DNA from: Opitutaceae bacterium
Lineage (GTDB): Bacteria > Verrucomicrobiota > Verrucomicrobiia > Opitutales > Opitutaceae
Length of the DNA: 64,000 nucleotides
Reading direction: 5' to 3'
NCBI GenBank assembly: GCA_036824825.1
Contig: DAISZL010000003.1
Location: 14,626 to 78,625, forward strand
Position numbers and translations under genes: made by a program. Each line of letters starts with the position of its first letter. Within the stretch, counting starts at the first letter, position 1. The notes beneath the pieces were generated by a model. The model had not been told where the DNA came from. It worked only from the letters and a program-made list of their open reading frames with translations, and did not search any database. Shown here one piece after another: positions 1 to 10,908 of this stretch.

Positions 1-194
1 ATATCGGTCGCAAAGAGTTTCATAAACTCGTAGCATAGCTGCGAGTAACTCAGGCCTTCCCATTTTTTTAGATGCGATGTGAGGGACGGAAATTTTTCAG
101 GTAAAAAAAGTCCCCCATCAGGAGCCAAACCAACAGAGACAGCCTCACTAAAGGAGTGCGGCTGAGTTTGACCTCGTGTTGAGATATAGCGCAT
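1..194 (-). CDS. thrC: threonine synthase, N-terminal fragment (gene continues past window start)
   Basis: Not in the ORF track. My reverse-complement read from the ATG at 194-192 gives MRYISTRGQTQPHSFSEAVSVGLAPDGGLFLPEKFPSLTSHLKKW. This matches the conserved ThrC N-terminus (YxSTRG, GLAxDGGLxxP). It lies directly downstream of lysC on the same strand. Confidence 0.8.
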   Translation of the reverse strand, partial: MRYISTRGQTQPHSFSEAVSVGLAPDGGLFLPEKFPSLTSHLKKWEGLSYSQLCYEFMKLFATD

Positions 195-214
195 CGCTAA
201 ATCCGACTTTTTAC

Positions 215-1432
215 TTAGAGCGTATCAAGCTTGAAAGCTGCATGAGCAACACGTGCTGCTTCATCTGCTTTATCAAGTGCGATCGCTACTGTAATCTTAA
301 TTTCTGATGTACTAATAAGATCAATATTAACACCTGCTGCAGCAAGTGCCTCAAAAAGTGTAGCAGCAACACCACTGTGTGTCTTCATACCAACACCGAC
401 AACGGAGAGCTTAGCGATTTGTCCATGTACGGATACTTCGCCGCCACCTATTGCCTTAAGTACAGGTTCAATAGCGCGAACAGCTTTACTGCTGTCACCT
501 TGAGGTACTGTAAAAGTTAAATTAGCCACACCCTGGCGACCAATATTTTGGACAATCATATCAACGATGATACCTGCTTCAGCAAGTGCACGGAACACTT
601 TACCAGCTGAGCCTGGCTTATCGGCAATGTTACTTACCGTTACTTTAGCTTGGTCTTTGTCGACAGCAACGCCGCGAACAACGACTTTTTCCATATAAGC
701 GACTTCTTCTTTCACGATTGTACCTGGGTTATGATTAAACGAAGAGCGAACTTCAAAAACGACGCCATATTTTTTGGCAAATTCTACTGAACGAGACTGC
801 ATGACTTTAGAACCTGACGATGCAAGTTCTAACATTTCGTCATACGAAATTTCATTAAGTTTACGTGCATTTTTTACAACACGAGGATCAGCAGTATATA
901 CACCGTCTACGTCTGTATAAATTTCACAGGTATCAGCTTTAATTGCAGCTGCTAAAGCAATTGCTGTTAAATCTGAACCACCGCGTCCAAGCGTTGTTAC
1001 TTGTCCATCAGCATTCATGCCTTGGAAACCAGCAACAATAACGACGCGTTTCTCTTTTAAATCTTTTACGATCGGTGAAGCATCGATATTCTGAATCTTA
1101 GCCTTAGTAAAGGAAGTGTCTGTTACTATACCTGCCTGTGCTCCTGTATAGCTGACTGCTGCAACACCTATACCCTGCAAAGCCATAGCGACTAATGCGA
1201 TTGTTTCCTGTTCACCAATCGAAACAAGTTGATCCAACTCTCTCTCACTTGGTTCAGCACATACGGCTTTAGCACGTGCAATCAACTCGTTAGTAACACC
1301 AGCGCGGGCTGATACTACAATCACAAGCTCATGACCTTCGTCGTGAGATGCTTTTACGCGTTCAGCGACTTTCTTGATTCGTTCGACATCTCCTACAGAG
1401 GTGCCGCCATATTTTTGAACAATACGTGCCAT
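215..1432 (-). CDS. lysC: aspartate kinase
   Basis: 405-aa ORF with the N-terminal IVQKYGGTSVG motif, an amino-acid-kinase core and two C-terminal ACT-type repeats. It is flanked by hom and thrC. Confidence 0.95.
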   Translation of the reverse strand: MARIVQKYGGTSVGDVERIKKVAERVKASHDEGHELVIVVSARAGVTNELIARAKAVCAEPSERELDQLVSIGEQETIALVAMALQGIGVAAVSYTGAQAGIVTDTSFTKAKIQNIDASPIVKDLKEKRVVIVAGFQGMNADGQVTTLGRGGSDLTAIALAAAIKADTCEIYTDVDGVYTADPRVVKNARKLNEISYDEMLELASSGSKVMQSRSVEFAKKYGVVFEVRSSFNHNPGTIVKEEVAYMEKVVVRGVAVDKDQAKVTVSNIADKPGSAGKVFRALAEAGIIVDMIVQNIGRQGVANLTFTVPQGDSSKAVRAIEPVLKAIGGGEVSVHGQIAKLSVVGVGMKTHSGVAATLFEALAAAGVNIDLISTSEIKITVAIALDKADEAARVAHAAFKLDTL

Positions 1433-1443
1433 GGATAGTTAAA

Positions 1444-2763
1444 TTAATCTGTAAAGTTTCCTATGCGTAAGACAAGCGGTGTTTCAAGCACACTGCCTAA
1501 AGCACTTAATCGCTTTAATGCCTTACCAATCGATTTTTCGTTAGTTTCGTGTGTCGTAAGAACAAGCGAAGCTGCACCAACATGGGCAGGATTTTGAATC
1601 ATGGTCGCAATACTTACTTTATTCTGTGAAAGTACACGTGCGACTTTAGCTAAAACACCTGACTGATCCTTCACGGTAAGACGAATATAGTAGCTACCTG
1701 TAATACGTTCAAGGGGAGCTAACGTACAACCCTTGGTATTAGGTTCATAGGACTCACTGGTAAGATGGGTGCCTTTACCATGCTTAATTAAAGCCACTGC
1801 GTCTGCGATATCACTAATCACAGCACTTGCTGTCGCATCTTGACCAGCACCACGACCAATATAATGCGTCGTGCCTACAACATCACCAGTAACTGCTACG
1901 GCATTAAATACGCCACCCACACTAGCAACGACACTATTCACCGGGAGCAAGGTTGGATGTACACGAACACACAGTTCGTTAGTTGAAAAATCACGGGTAA
2001 TGACAGCAAGTAATTTAATGCTATATCCCAGTGTCGCTGCATTACTTAAATCAGCAGGGCTTAAGCGATTAATTCCCTCTACAATCATTTGGCTTGGTTT
2101 TACCCACACTCCATGAGCTAACCACGCAAGAACGGATGCCTTATGTGCTGTATCCCAGCCTTCTACGTCAAGCGATTCATCCGCTTCAGCATACCCTAAT
2201 TCTTTAGCCTGTTTTAATACGTCACTGTATGGTAGCCCACGTGAACCCATCTGGGTTAAAATATAATTACAGGTACCATTTAAAATTCCGTAGATACGTG
2301 AAAACCGATTTGCGACTAATCCTTCACGTAACGCTTTAATGATAGGAATACCACCTGCAACACTTGCTTCAAAAAAGAAATGGCCACCAAACTTACGTGC
2401 AGCTTCGAAAATTTCTGCACCGTGATCGCAGATAAGCGCTTTATTAGCAGAAACAACAATCTTGCCGTGCTTAAGTGCAGCAAGAGTAACCTTACGCGCT
2501 AACGCAGTTCCGCCAATCAGTTCACAGACAACGTGAATCGAAGGATCATTCGCAATTTCTAGAGCGTCTTCTGTGAGGAGTTGCTTAGATACTTTTACGC
2601 TACGTTTCTTGTTAATATCATTAACAGCAATACGCGTAATCTTAACTTCTGCACCTAGTCGCTCGGTTATATCAGCACGTGACTTAACTAAATGCTTGTA
2701 CACGCCTTGGCCAACCGTGCCAAAACCACAAAGTCCAATATTTACGCTAAGAGATACCTTCAT
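1444..2763 (-). CDS. hom: homoserine dehydrogenase
   Basis: Has the GLCGFGTVGQGV Rossmann motif, a catalytic core and a C-terminal ACT domain. I moved the start to MKVSLSVNIG (ATG at 2763), because the 31-aa extension in the ORF track overlaps the end of plsY. Confidence 0.92.
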   Translation of the reverse strand: MKVSLSVNIGLCGFGTVGQGVYKHLVKSRADITERLGAEVKITRIAVNDINKKRSVKVSKQLLTEDALEIANDPSIHVVCELIGGTALARKVTLAALKHGKIVVSANKALICDHGAEIFEAARKFGGHFFFEASVAGGIPIIKALREGLVANRFSRIYGILNGTCNYILTQMGSRGLPYSDVLKQAKELGYAEADESLDVEGWDTAHKASVLAWLAHGVWVKPSQMIVEGINRLSPADLSNAATLGYSIKLLAVITRDFSTNELCVRVHPTLLPVNSVVASVGGVFNAVAVTGDVVGTTHYIGRGAGQDATASAVISDIADAVALIKHGKGTHLTSESYEPNTKGCTLAPLERITGSYYIRLTVKDQSGVLAKVARVLSQNKVSIATMIQNPAHVGAASLVLTTHETNEKSIGKALKRLSALGSVLETPLVLRIGNFTD

Positions 2764-2767
2764 GAAA

Positions 2768-3370
2768 TTATTTTTTGCTCCAACGATTTTCCGTTCCATT
2801 GAGCAAACGAACAATATTTGCACGGTGGCGGATGATGATAAAAAGAGAAGACACAATACACATCACAATCAGTGCTGGTTCTTGATGTGTGAAGTAAGCA
2901 ATCACAGGAAGAACGATCGAAGCACCAATACTTGCTACAGATACATAGCGAGTCGCATAAAATAGAATTACCCAGGATGCTAGCGATATCGCTGCTAGTA
3001 GGGGCATCAGTACAAAAAATCCACCCGCTGCAGTTGCTACACCCTTCCCTCCCTTAAATCGGGTAAAACACGAGAAACTATGGCCTAATATAGCACATAT
3101 GATAGCTACTAGACTTAGTCGTAATACATCATGTGGTGCTGACCAAATACACTGAGGAAGATAAACCGCTGCAGCTCCCTTCAGTGCATCGAGTAAAAAA
3201 ACTAAATTACCCGCATTTTTACCAACAGAGCGTTTTACGTTCGTCGCACCTGGACTCTTACTTCCAACTTCAAAAATATTTACTCCATTTGCTCGTGCAA
3301 CAATCCACCCAAAGGGTAATGCGCCTAGCACATACCCGATGAATGCTGCACTTAAATAGGAGGAAATCAT
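2768..3370 (-). CDS. plsY: glycerol-3-phosphate acyltransferase PlsY
   Basis: 200-aa polytopic membrane protein with the PlsY motifs GSKSPGATNVKRS and HSFSCFTRFKGGKGVAT. Confidence 0.9.
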   Translation of the reverse strand: MISSYLSAAFIGYVLGALPFGWIVARANGVNIFEVGSKSPGATNVKRSVGKNAGNLVFLLDALKGAAAVYLPQCIWSAPHDVLRLSLVAIICAILGHSFSCFTRFKGGKGVATAAGGFFVLMPLLAAISLASWVILFYATRYVSVASIGASIVLPVIAYFTHQEPALIVMCIVSSLFIIIRHRANIVRLLNGTENRWSKK

Positions 3371-3379
3371 GAGTTCAGA

Positions 3380-4969
3380 TTATAGCTGTACAAACTTAGC
3401 TAGTTTAATTGCAGGATTACCTTTAATTTCTGCTCTCGCATTAGCACTTGGTTCATTATCTACGCGAACAACCATGTATGCTGTACCACCTGGTGTGATA
3501 CGACTTAGTGACATGTCAGCGATATTTACGCCGTCTTTACCTAAGATAGTTCCAACGGTTCCAACCATACCTGGTTTATCAAGGTTTTCTAAAACAAGTA
3601 ATTTACCATCAGCTGCCACTTCGACATCGCGGCCATTGATTTCAACAATGCGAGGTTCGTTTGATTTACCAGCAAGCGTTCCAACCGCTGAATATGCGTT
3701 TCCATCTGGAGCGATCGCTTCAACAAAAATAGCTTCATTATAAACGCTGTCTCCCGTTGATTTAACAACCTCAGCTTGAATTCCTAAACGCTGTAACATG
3801 AAAGGAGCGTTAACAAAGTTAACTTCTTCACCACTGATACGTTTCAAATAGCCACGCTGAATTGAACGTGTCACAGAATTTGCATCTAAGTCTACAATCT
3901 TACCGCTATAAGTAATACGTAATTTAGCGATTTGGCTTGGTGCAATTTGTTGAACGAGTGTACCTAACTTAGCACCTAGATCGAGATAAGGAGAAAGAAC
4001 CTTAAGAGCGGTTGCATCGATCGATGGCATATTAACGGCATTACGAATAACACCACCGTTTAATACGTCTGCGATTTGTTCAGCGACCTCTACCCCAACG
4101 GCGTCTTGCGCTTCAGCTGTAGAAGCACCTAAGTGAGGAGTGAGTACTACGTTTGGCAATTTGCGTAGTTCACTATCCTCAGCGAGCGGTTCATCTTCAA
4201 ATACGTCAAGGCCTGCAGAGCCTACATGTCCCGATTTGAGAGCAGCGATGAGAGCTGACTCCTTAATGATACCACCACGAGCACAATTAAATAAACGAAT
4301 TCCCTTCTTCGTTTTAGCGAGTGCTGCTTCATCAATTAAATATTTAGTATCATCCGTAAGAGGCATGTGAACGGTGATAAAATCTGCCTGCTTTAAAAGT
4401 TCATCAAGCGTTACAGACTCAACTTGAATGGCTTTAGCGCGTGCTGGTGCAAGGTAAGGATCATAAGCAAGAACACGCATCCCAAAGGCTTGTGCTCTTT
4501 TTGCTACTTCGCCACCAATGCGGCCTAATCCCACGATACCGAGTGTCTTCTTAAATAATTCTACTCCAGAAAAACTCTTACGATCCCACTTGCCCGACTT
4601 CATTGAAGCAGCCGCTTGAGGAACGGGTCTAGCACCGCATAAAATATGAGTAAAAGTAAGTTCAGCAGTAGCAACGGTATTACCAGCGGGCGTGTTCATC
4701 ACAATAACGCCACGCTCAGTTGCAGCATCAACATCAACATTGTCTACGCCAACTCCTGCACGACCTACTACTTTAAGTAACGGAGCAGCAGCAAAAACTT
4801 CTGCTGTAATTTTAGTTTCCGAACGAACTGCGATCGCATGAACATCACGTACTAATTCCAATATCTTTTCGGGTGATGAACCATACGCCTCCACAACATC
4901 AAGACCTGGCTGCTGACGCAGATAGGCAACTCCCTTAGGTGAAATTTTATCGGCTACTAATACTTTCAT
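3380..4969 (-). CDS. serA: D-3-phosphoglycerate dehydrogenase (long form with ACT domain)
   Basis: 529 aa with a 2-hydroxyacid dehydrogenase fold ([19 protein letters not shown] site, catalytic TPHLGAST). The C-terminal ASB and ACT regions are typical of type I SerA. Confidence 0.93.
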   Translation of the reverse strand: MKVLVADKISPKGVAYLRQQPGLDVVEAYGSSPEKILELVRDVHAIAVRSETKITAEVFAAAPLLKVVGRAGVGVDNVDVDAATERGVIVMNTPAGNTVATAELTFTHILCGARPVPQAAASMKSGKWDRKSFSGVELFKKTLGIVGLGRIGGEVAKRAQAFGMRVLAYDPYLAPARAKAIQVESVTLDELLKQADFITVHMPLTDDTKYLIDEAALAKTKKGIRLFNCARGGIIKESALIAALKSGHVGSAGLDVFEDEPLAEDSELRKLPNVVLTPHLGASTAEAQDAVGVEVAEQIADVLNGGVIRNAVNMPSIDATALKVLSPYLDLGAKLGTLVQQIAPSQIAKLRITYSGKIVDLDANSVTRSIQRGYLKRISGEEVNFVNAPFMLQRLGIQAEVVKSTGDSVYNEAIFVEAIAPDGNAYSAVGTLAGKSNEPRIVEINGRDVEVAADGKLLVLENLDKPGMVGTVGTILGKDGVNIADMSLSRITPGGTAYMVVRVDNEPSANARAEIKGNPAIKLAKFVQL

Positions 4970-5029
4970 ACGAGGAACCTATAAGGAAAAAGTCCATCAG
5001 CCCTTCTAGCAAGGAAAAGCGGTAAAAGA

Positions 5030-5057
5030 ATAGTTATATAAGCAATTAATAGTTATA
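5030..5057. promoter_or_regulatory. candidate operator: ATAGTTATA repeated twice, 19 bp apart, upstream of the RND operon
   Basis: ATAGTTATA occurs at 5030-5038 and 5049-5057 in the 219-nt serA/RND divergent intergenic region. The ends also read as an inverted AGTTATA..TATAACT. No regulator gene is adjacent. Confidence 0.2.
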
Positions 5058-5188
5058 ACTTTGAGTGGATATCAGACAAATTATGTTACTTAATAACCAT
5101 TTAATCACGACTTAGCTGCGTCAAATTGCCCTAAATTATTTGGTAGTATGAGTATCCTAACTGTCGTAACTTACGTCTATTCAATTTC

Positions 5189-8100
5189 ATGTGGATCGTC
5201 CGCCTAGCTCTCAACAAGCCCTACACCTTCACGGTTATGGCGCTTGCCATCATCATTTTAGGTCTACTATCGGCACTTAGGATGCCTAAAGACATATTTC
5301 CGGCTATTAACATACCGGTTGTAAGTGTCGTGTGGAGTTATAACGGACTAACTCCTCCTGAAATGGAGCAACGTATCGTGACTTTAGCAGAACGTTCCAT
5401 AACTACGACTGTGAATGATATTGAGCACTTAGAGTCTCAATCACTTTTAGGATACGGTATTATCAAGGTATACTTTCAACCCAATGCGAGTATTGAAGCT
5501 GCAGTTGCACAAGTTACAGCGATTAATCAGTCCATTCTAGCCCGTATGCCACCAGGCATCAATCCGCCTGTTGTTATTCGATTTAACGCTACGAATGTAC
5601 CGATTCTTCAACTAGGTATTTCAAGTCCTACGGTAGCTGAACAAGCGCTCTTCGACTTAGGTTTAAATTCAGTACGTATTCAACTTGCTACCGTACAAGG
5701 AGCTGCTGTTCCTATGCCGCTGGGAGGTAAGGCACGCCAAATCGATATCGATATTGATCCAAAGTTGTTACAAGAAAAAGGTATTACACCTGCTCAGGTC
5801 AGTGCAGCGATTAACGCTCAAAATCTTACCCTTCCTTCCGGTACCGTAAAAGTAGGTAACCGAGAATACGGCGTACTCTTAAATAGCAGTACCAACCTTG
5901 TATCTGATTTATCTAAACTACCTATCACCGTTATTAATGGCGCAACAATAACCATTGGAGACGTCGCACAAGTCCGAGACGGATTCCAACCCCAGACTAG
6001 TATTGTAAGACAAAATGGGCACCGCGGTGTATTGATCACAATCATGAAAAACGGTGAAGCATCTACCTTAGATGTCATTTCACATGTAAGACAGGCCCTT
6101 CCTCGCATTATCTCGACTATTCCGCAGAGCGTTAGCCTTGTACCACAGTTTGACCAATCGATATTTGTTAGTGCAGCACTTTACGGAGTAATCCGTGAAG
6201 GCATACTAGCAGCACTACTTACAGCAACTATGATTCTACTCTTTTTAGGATCATGGAGAAGTACACTTGTAGTCGCTTTATCTATACCTCTTTCTATTTT
6301 TTGTTCTATTATTTGTCTTTCGATTCTCGGCCAAACAATAAACGCAATGACTCTTGGAGGACTTGCGTTAGCTGTTGGTATTTTAGTCGACGATGCAACC
6401 GTTACCATTGAGAACATTGAACGTAACTTAGGTCAGCACAAAACACTTATACAAGCGATCCTCGATGGTGCCGAGCAAATCGCAGTCCCTGCTTTCGTTT
6501 CAACATTATGTATCTGTATTGTATTCGTTCCTATTTTCTTCCTTACCGGTGTAGCTAAATTCCTCTTCTCCCCACTCGCATTGTCCGTCATTTTTGCGAT
6601 GTTAGCTTCTTATCTATTATCGCGTACCGTAGTTCCAACATTCGTACACTTTTTACTCAAAGGTCATGCCGGAGCAGGACACGAGGAAAAACAATCAGGT
6701 ATTATTTGGGAAATTCATACACGTTTTAATAACAGGTATGAACAGTTTAGAAGTCGTTATGTAAAAGTTCTTCACTGGTGCTTACAGCATACAAAACAAG
6801 TTGTGATCATCATGGTTAGCCTCGTCTTGATTTCGGGTGTACTCGCTACATTCATTGGGCGTGATTTCTTTCCTAAAGTAGACGCTGGTTCATTTAAGTT
6901 ACATGTACGTGTACCCCCAGGAACACGCATAGAAGAAACAGAACGTGTCTTTAGTAAAGTTGAAGATGTAATTAGAAAGAGTATCCCGAAGGACCAACTG
7001 GTAGCTATCGTAGACAGTATTGGTCTTCCTAACAGCGGTATTAATATCGCCAATAGTGATTTAGCTACCGTAGGGGCAGCTGAAGGAGATATTCTCGTGT
7101 CCTTAAATCCAGAAAAACACGATTCTACGTTTAAGTATTTAAGTGATATACGCTCAGAACTTATTCGTGGGTTTCCTAGCTGCCAATTTTTTGCGCAAAG
7201 CTCTGATATCGTAGGTCAAATTTTGAATTTCGGATTACCTGCTCCTATCGATGTACAAATTGCAGGAAAAGACAGTGCAAATAATTACGCAATAGCCCAA
7301 GAGCTCACCAGACGTATTTCCCAAATTCCTGGTGCTATTGACGTACATATTCACCAAATAGTAAATTCCCCAGCATTCCACGTTGAAGTAGATCGCACTA
7401 AAGCAGAGGGTCTAGGTCTAGGTCTTAATACTGTAGCAAGTAATCTCCTCATATCTTTATCAGGCTCAAGCCAAGCTGCTCCTAATTTTTGGGTTAGCCC
7501 AGAAAACGGTGTTCAGTACTCGGTAGTAACACAAGCACCTCAGTACAAAATAGACTCCCTAGATGCTATTTTAAATATACCTATTAGCAGTAAGAGCGAC
7601 ATTCAAGTACCTCAGACCCTACGCAATGTTGCATCCATTACACGTACAGAAAGTCCTGCTGTAGTTAGTCACTACAATATTCAAAACGTATATGACGTAT
7701 ATGCTAATGTTGAAGGTAAAGATTTAGGATCAGTTGCAACTCGTGTAGAAAAACTACTTCCTGAATTTTCTGCTAAATTAAAACGAGGCAGTTTTATCAC
7801 CTTAAGAGGACAAGTTCAGAGCATGAAGGATGCATTCTTGGGCTTAGGTATAGGTATTATTTTCGCAATTGTACTGGTATACCTACTCATGGTTGTAAAT
7901 TTCCAATCATGGGTTGATCCACTTATTATTATTATGGCTCTCCCAGGAGCTATCTGCGGTATCATTTGGGCCCTCTTACTGACTCATACAACCCTCAATG
8001 TACCATCAATGATGGGAGCCATTATGAGTATTGGTGTAGCTACAGCTAATTCTATTTTAATTGTAACGTTTGCTAACGATTTAAGAAAAGAAGGTAAAGA

Positions 8101-8395
8101 TGCAATGAGCGCAGCCCTTGAGGCAGGCTCAACACGCTTACGTCCTGTAATGATGACTGCACTAGCAATGTTAATAGGTATGCTTCCGATGGCTTTAGGC
8201 ATGGGTGAAGGTGGCGAGCAGAATGCTCCACTTGGTCGTGCAGTTATAGGAGGCTTATCACTCGCTACAATCGCTACCCTACTATTCGTTCCTGTTATTT
8301 ACGCTCACCTTCGCAAACACAGTGCTCACAGACCTGAGGAAGAAATTCAGGAAGAACTAGACGAAAAGTCTATTACCGATCCAACACATCCATAA
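5189..8395 (+). CDS. RND efflux transporter permease (AcrB/HAE family)
   Basis: 1068 aa with a 12-TM architecture and two large periplasmic loops. The N-terminus (LNKPYTFTVMALAIIILG..IFPAINIPVVSVVWSYNGLTPPEME) is typical of the ACR_tran family. Confidence 0.92.
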   Translation: MWIVRLALNKPYTFTVMALAIIILGLLSALRMPKDIFPAINIPVVSVVWSYNGLTPPEMEQRIVTLAERSITTTVNDIEHLESQSLLGYGIIKVYFQPNASIEAAVAQVTAINQSILARMPPGINPPVVIRFNATNVPILQLGISSPTVAEQALFDLGLNSVRIQLATVQGAAVPMPLGGKARQIDIDIDPKLLQEKGITPAQVSAAINAQNLTLPSGTVKVGNREYGVLLNSSTNLVSDLSKLPITVINGATITIGDVAQVRDGFQPQTSIVRQNGHRGVLITIMKNGEASTLDVISHVRQALPRIISTIPQSVSLVPQFDQSIFVSAALYGVIREGILAALLTATMILLFLGSWRSTLVVALSIPLSIFCSIICLSILGQTINAMTLGGLALAVGILVDDATVTIENIERNLGQHKTLIQAILDGAEQIAVPAFVSTLCICIVFVPIFFLTGVAKFLFSPLALSVIFAMLASYLLSRTVVPTFVHFLLKGHAGAGHEEKQSGIIWEIHTRFNNRYEQFRSRYVKVLHWCLQHTKQVVIIMVSLVLISGVLATFIGRDFFPKVDAGSFKLHVRVPPGTRIEETERVFSKVEDVIRKSIPKDQLVAIVDSIGLPNSGINIANSDLATVGAAEGDILVSLNPEKHDSTFKYLSDIRSELIRGFPSCQFFAQSSDIVGQILNFGLPAPIDVQIAGKDSANNYAIAQELTRRISQIPGAIDVHIHQIVNSPAFHVEVDRTKAEGLGLGLNTVASNLLISLSGSSQAAPNFWVSPENGVQYSVVTQAPQYKIDSLDAILNIPISSKSDIQVPQTLRNVASITRTESPAVVSHYNIQNVYDVYANVEGKDLGSVATRVEKLLPEFSAKLKRGSFITLRGQVQSMKDAFLGLGIGIIFAIVLVYLLMVVNFQSWVDPLIIIMALPGAICGIIWALLLTHTTLNVPSMMGAIMSIGVATANSILIVTFANDLRKEGKDAMSAALEAGSTRLRPVMMTALAMLIGMLPMALGMGEGGEQNAPLGRAVIGGLSLATIATLLFVPVIYAHLRKHSAHRPEEEIQEELDEKSITDPTHP

Positions 8396-8398
8396 TTT

Positions 8399-9490
8399 AT
8401 GAAAGTAACCACGTTACTCATCTCAACGTATTTAATCTTAGTTACACTTGTAGCTACTACTCCACTTAATGCAGAAAGTGAGAATCATACACTTGCTGTA
8501 GTTACAGTTACCGCTGCAAAAAAAGCATCGCGGTTCCAAGAAATAACTCTTCCTGGAACTCTTTCAGCAATTAAAGACACCTCCATACGCGCTAGAACTA
8601 ATGGCTATATCGCAAGCTACGTTGCAGACATTGGTGACAAAGTAAAAGAGGGCCAATTATTAGCTACGATTGAATCACCAGAAACCGATCAAGAGTTAAA
8701 TCAAGCGCTAGCTAATTACGAACAAGCAAAAGCAAACCTAGCTTTGGCTGAAATTTCTGCAAAGCGTTGGAAAAAGCTTGGAGCAGAAAATGCAGTCTCA
8801 AAGCAAGAAGTTGATCAGAAAGAAGCTGATTACCTAGGAAAGAAAGCAGACCTAAATGTAGCTAAAGCTAATGTTAAAAAATATCAGGATTTAAAAAGTT
8901 ACGAAAAAATTACCGCTCCTTTCAGTGGCTATATCTCTGCAAGAAGTGTTGATATCGGAACCTTGATAAATGCTGGATCAGGACCTGAACTCTTCCACAT
9001 AACCCAAAGTGATATGTTACGTGCCTACGTAAACATTCCTCAAACAGCAGTGCGCAATATCACGAATGGACAGAAAGCTGATATTCTTATTGCTGAATAT
9101 CCACACGCTGTGTTTTCAGGTACCGTTTCTAGAACATCAAGTGCGCTTGATGCAAATTCTCGCACTCGCCTAATCGAAGTACTCGTTCCTAACCAAGAGG
9201 GAAAAATTCTCCCGGGCATGTATTGCCAAGTTCAGTTTAAAGTACCGCAAGTAGATCCAGCGATTATTATACCATCGAATAATGCTATTATACGTGCAGA
9301 GGGAACACTTGTCGCAATTGTAAACAAAGAAAATAAAATTCACTTACAACACGTCACTTTAGGTCGCGACTTTGGAACTGAAATTGAAATCTTAGATGGC
9401 CTTAAGGATGGCGAAAACATCATTGATAATCCAAGTGATTCCCTTCAAGAGGGACAAGAAGTTCAAATCACTAGCGCTCAGAAACACTAA
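8399..9490 (+). CDS. RND efflux periplasmic adaptor (membrane fusion protein)
   Basis: 363 aa with a signal/anchor, a coiled-coil hairpin (QELNQALANYEQAKANLALAE) and barrel-sandwich and beta-barrel regions. It starts 4 nt after the RND gene. Confidence 0.85.
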   Translation: MKVTTLLISTYLILVTLVATTPLNAESENHTLAVVTVTAAKKASRFQEITLPGTLSAIKDTSIRARTNGYIASYVADIGDKVKEGQLLATIESPETDQELNQALANYEQAKANLALAEISAKRWKKLGAENAVSKQEVDQKEADYLGKKADLNVAKANVKKYQDLKSYEKITAPFSGYISARSVDIGTLINAGSGPELFHITQSDMLRAYVNIPQTAVRNITNGQKADILIAEYPHAVFSGTVSRTSSALDANSRTRLIEVLVPNQEGKILPGMYCQVQFKVPQVDPAIIIPSNNAIIRAEGTLVAIVNKENKIHLQHVTLGRDFGTEIEILDGLKDGENIIDNPSDSLQEGQEVQITSAQKH

Positions 9491-9495
9491 GCATC

Positions 9496-10902
9496 ATGGC
9501 TCGCCATTTCTACACTAGCTTAGCACTAGCACTAATTACGACTGGATGCGCAGTTGGACCAGACTATGTAAAACCTAAAGACATAGTTCCAGTCACTACA
9601 TACAGCGAATCTAGCCCATGGAAGCAAATAGCTCCTAAAGACACGCTACCCAAAGAGGGATGGTGGCTCATTTATCACGACACGAATCTGAATAATCTAG
9701 AAAAAGAAGTCGTTGAAAATAATTCCAATCTTAAGGCATCTTATCAGCGTTTTCTACAAGCAAGATCCATTGCTAGAGCTAGTGCTTCAAACTTAGGACC
9801 ATCCTTTGTAATACAAAGTTCAGGTGGCCAAGTTAATTACTCTGGGAATAGACAGACGCAGCCACACTCCACTGCCCTTCCTTATAACACGAATACGTAT
9901 GATCTTCCTCTAGATTTAAATTATGAATTAGATTTATTTGGAAGGGTTCGGCGCAGTGTAGAAAGTACCAAAGCTTTAGCTGAAGCAAGTGAAGCCTCAT
10001 ATCGAAATATACTTCTAAGCATCGAAGCTGAAGCTGCACAGGATTATTACACTCTACGCTCTCTTGAAACACAGCGCCACCTCTTGCAGGCTGCTGTAGA
10101 GGGACGTAAAGAAGAACTAGCACTTGTCCAATTGCGTAAAAAAGAAGGTGCGAGTAATGAACTCGAAGTATACCAAGCACGTACACAGCTTGATACTGCG
10201 TTATCAGCACTGCTTAGCACTCAGCAACATATAGCAACCTTACGTCATGCTCTAGCAACCTTAACTGGTAAAACAAATGACGCCTTTGCATTGGAAATTA
10301 CGGAAATAACAGAATTGCCTCCCGTAATACCTATTGGCTTACCTAGCGATTTACTTGAGAGAAGACCTGATGTAGCACAGGCAGAAAAGCAGTTAGCATT
10401 TACTTCAGCTCAAATCGGTGTAGCTAAGGCAGCCTTTTATCCTAATATCAAACTAACAGCTGCCGCAGGTTTTAACAGTACCTCTTTATCTACGCTGTTA
10501 AATAGCTCCAGCAAAGAGGGTTTCATATTACCATTTATAACTCTTCCTATTTTTACTGAAGGTCTAAATAAAGCGAATTATGAACACGCTAAAGAAGCGT
10601 ACGCTGAAGCTCTATCAAACTATAAACAAAGTCTTTTATCAGCTCTCGAGGATGTTGAAAATGGGTTATCAGACTTACGCTATCTCAATGAGCAAGTGAT
10701 GATATCACGTGACAATGTAGATGCCTCAAAAAATGCCTCAAATTTATCTCTACTTCGCTACAAACAAGGGGTTGCTAATTACTTTGAGGTCGTAGATTCG
10801 GATAGAACAAGTCTGCAGGCTGAGGTATCCGATAGTCAGTTGATTGCACAGTACTATATTGCTCATATTCACCTTATTAAAGCGCTTGGCGGTGGCTGGT
10901 AA
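9496..10902 (+). CDS. outer membrane factor lipoprotein, NodT/OprM family
   Basis: 468 aa with the lipobox LITTGC followed by AVGPDYVKP, which is typical of NodT-family OMFs. It contains two OEP repeats. Confidence 0.88.
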   Translation: MARHFYTSLALALITTGCAVGPDYVKPKDIVPVTTYSESSPWKQIAPKDTLPKEGWWLIYHDTNLNNLEKEVVENNSNLKASYQRFLQARSIARASASNLGPSFVIQSSGGQVNYSGNRQTQPHSTALPYNTNTYDLPLDLNYELDLFGRVRRSVESTKALAEASEASYRNILLSIEAEAAQDYYTLRSLETQRHLLQAAVEGRKEELALVQLRKKEGASNELEVYQARTQLDTALSALLSTQQHIATLRHALATLTGKTNDAFALEITEITELPPVIPIGLPSDLLERRPDVAQAEKQLAFTSAQIGVAKAAFYPNIKLTAAAGFNSTSLSTLLNSSSKEGFILPFITLPIFTEGLNKANYEHAKEAYAEALSNYKQSLLSALEDVENGLSDLRYLNEQVMISRDNVDASKNASNLSLLRYKQGVANYFEVVDSDRTSLQAEVSDSQLIAQYYIAHIHLIKALGGGW

Positions 10903-10908
10903 AAATAC

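Noticed and set aside
3369-3743. 124-aa ORF antisense to serA (similar cases: 2573..2965, 1871..2116, 4140..4370)
   Set aside because: These are embedded opposite strongly supported housekeeping CDSs and contain no recognisable motifs.
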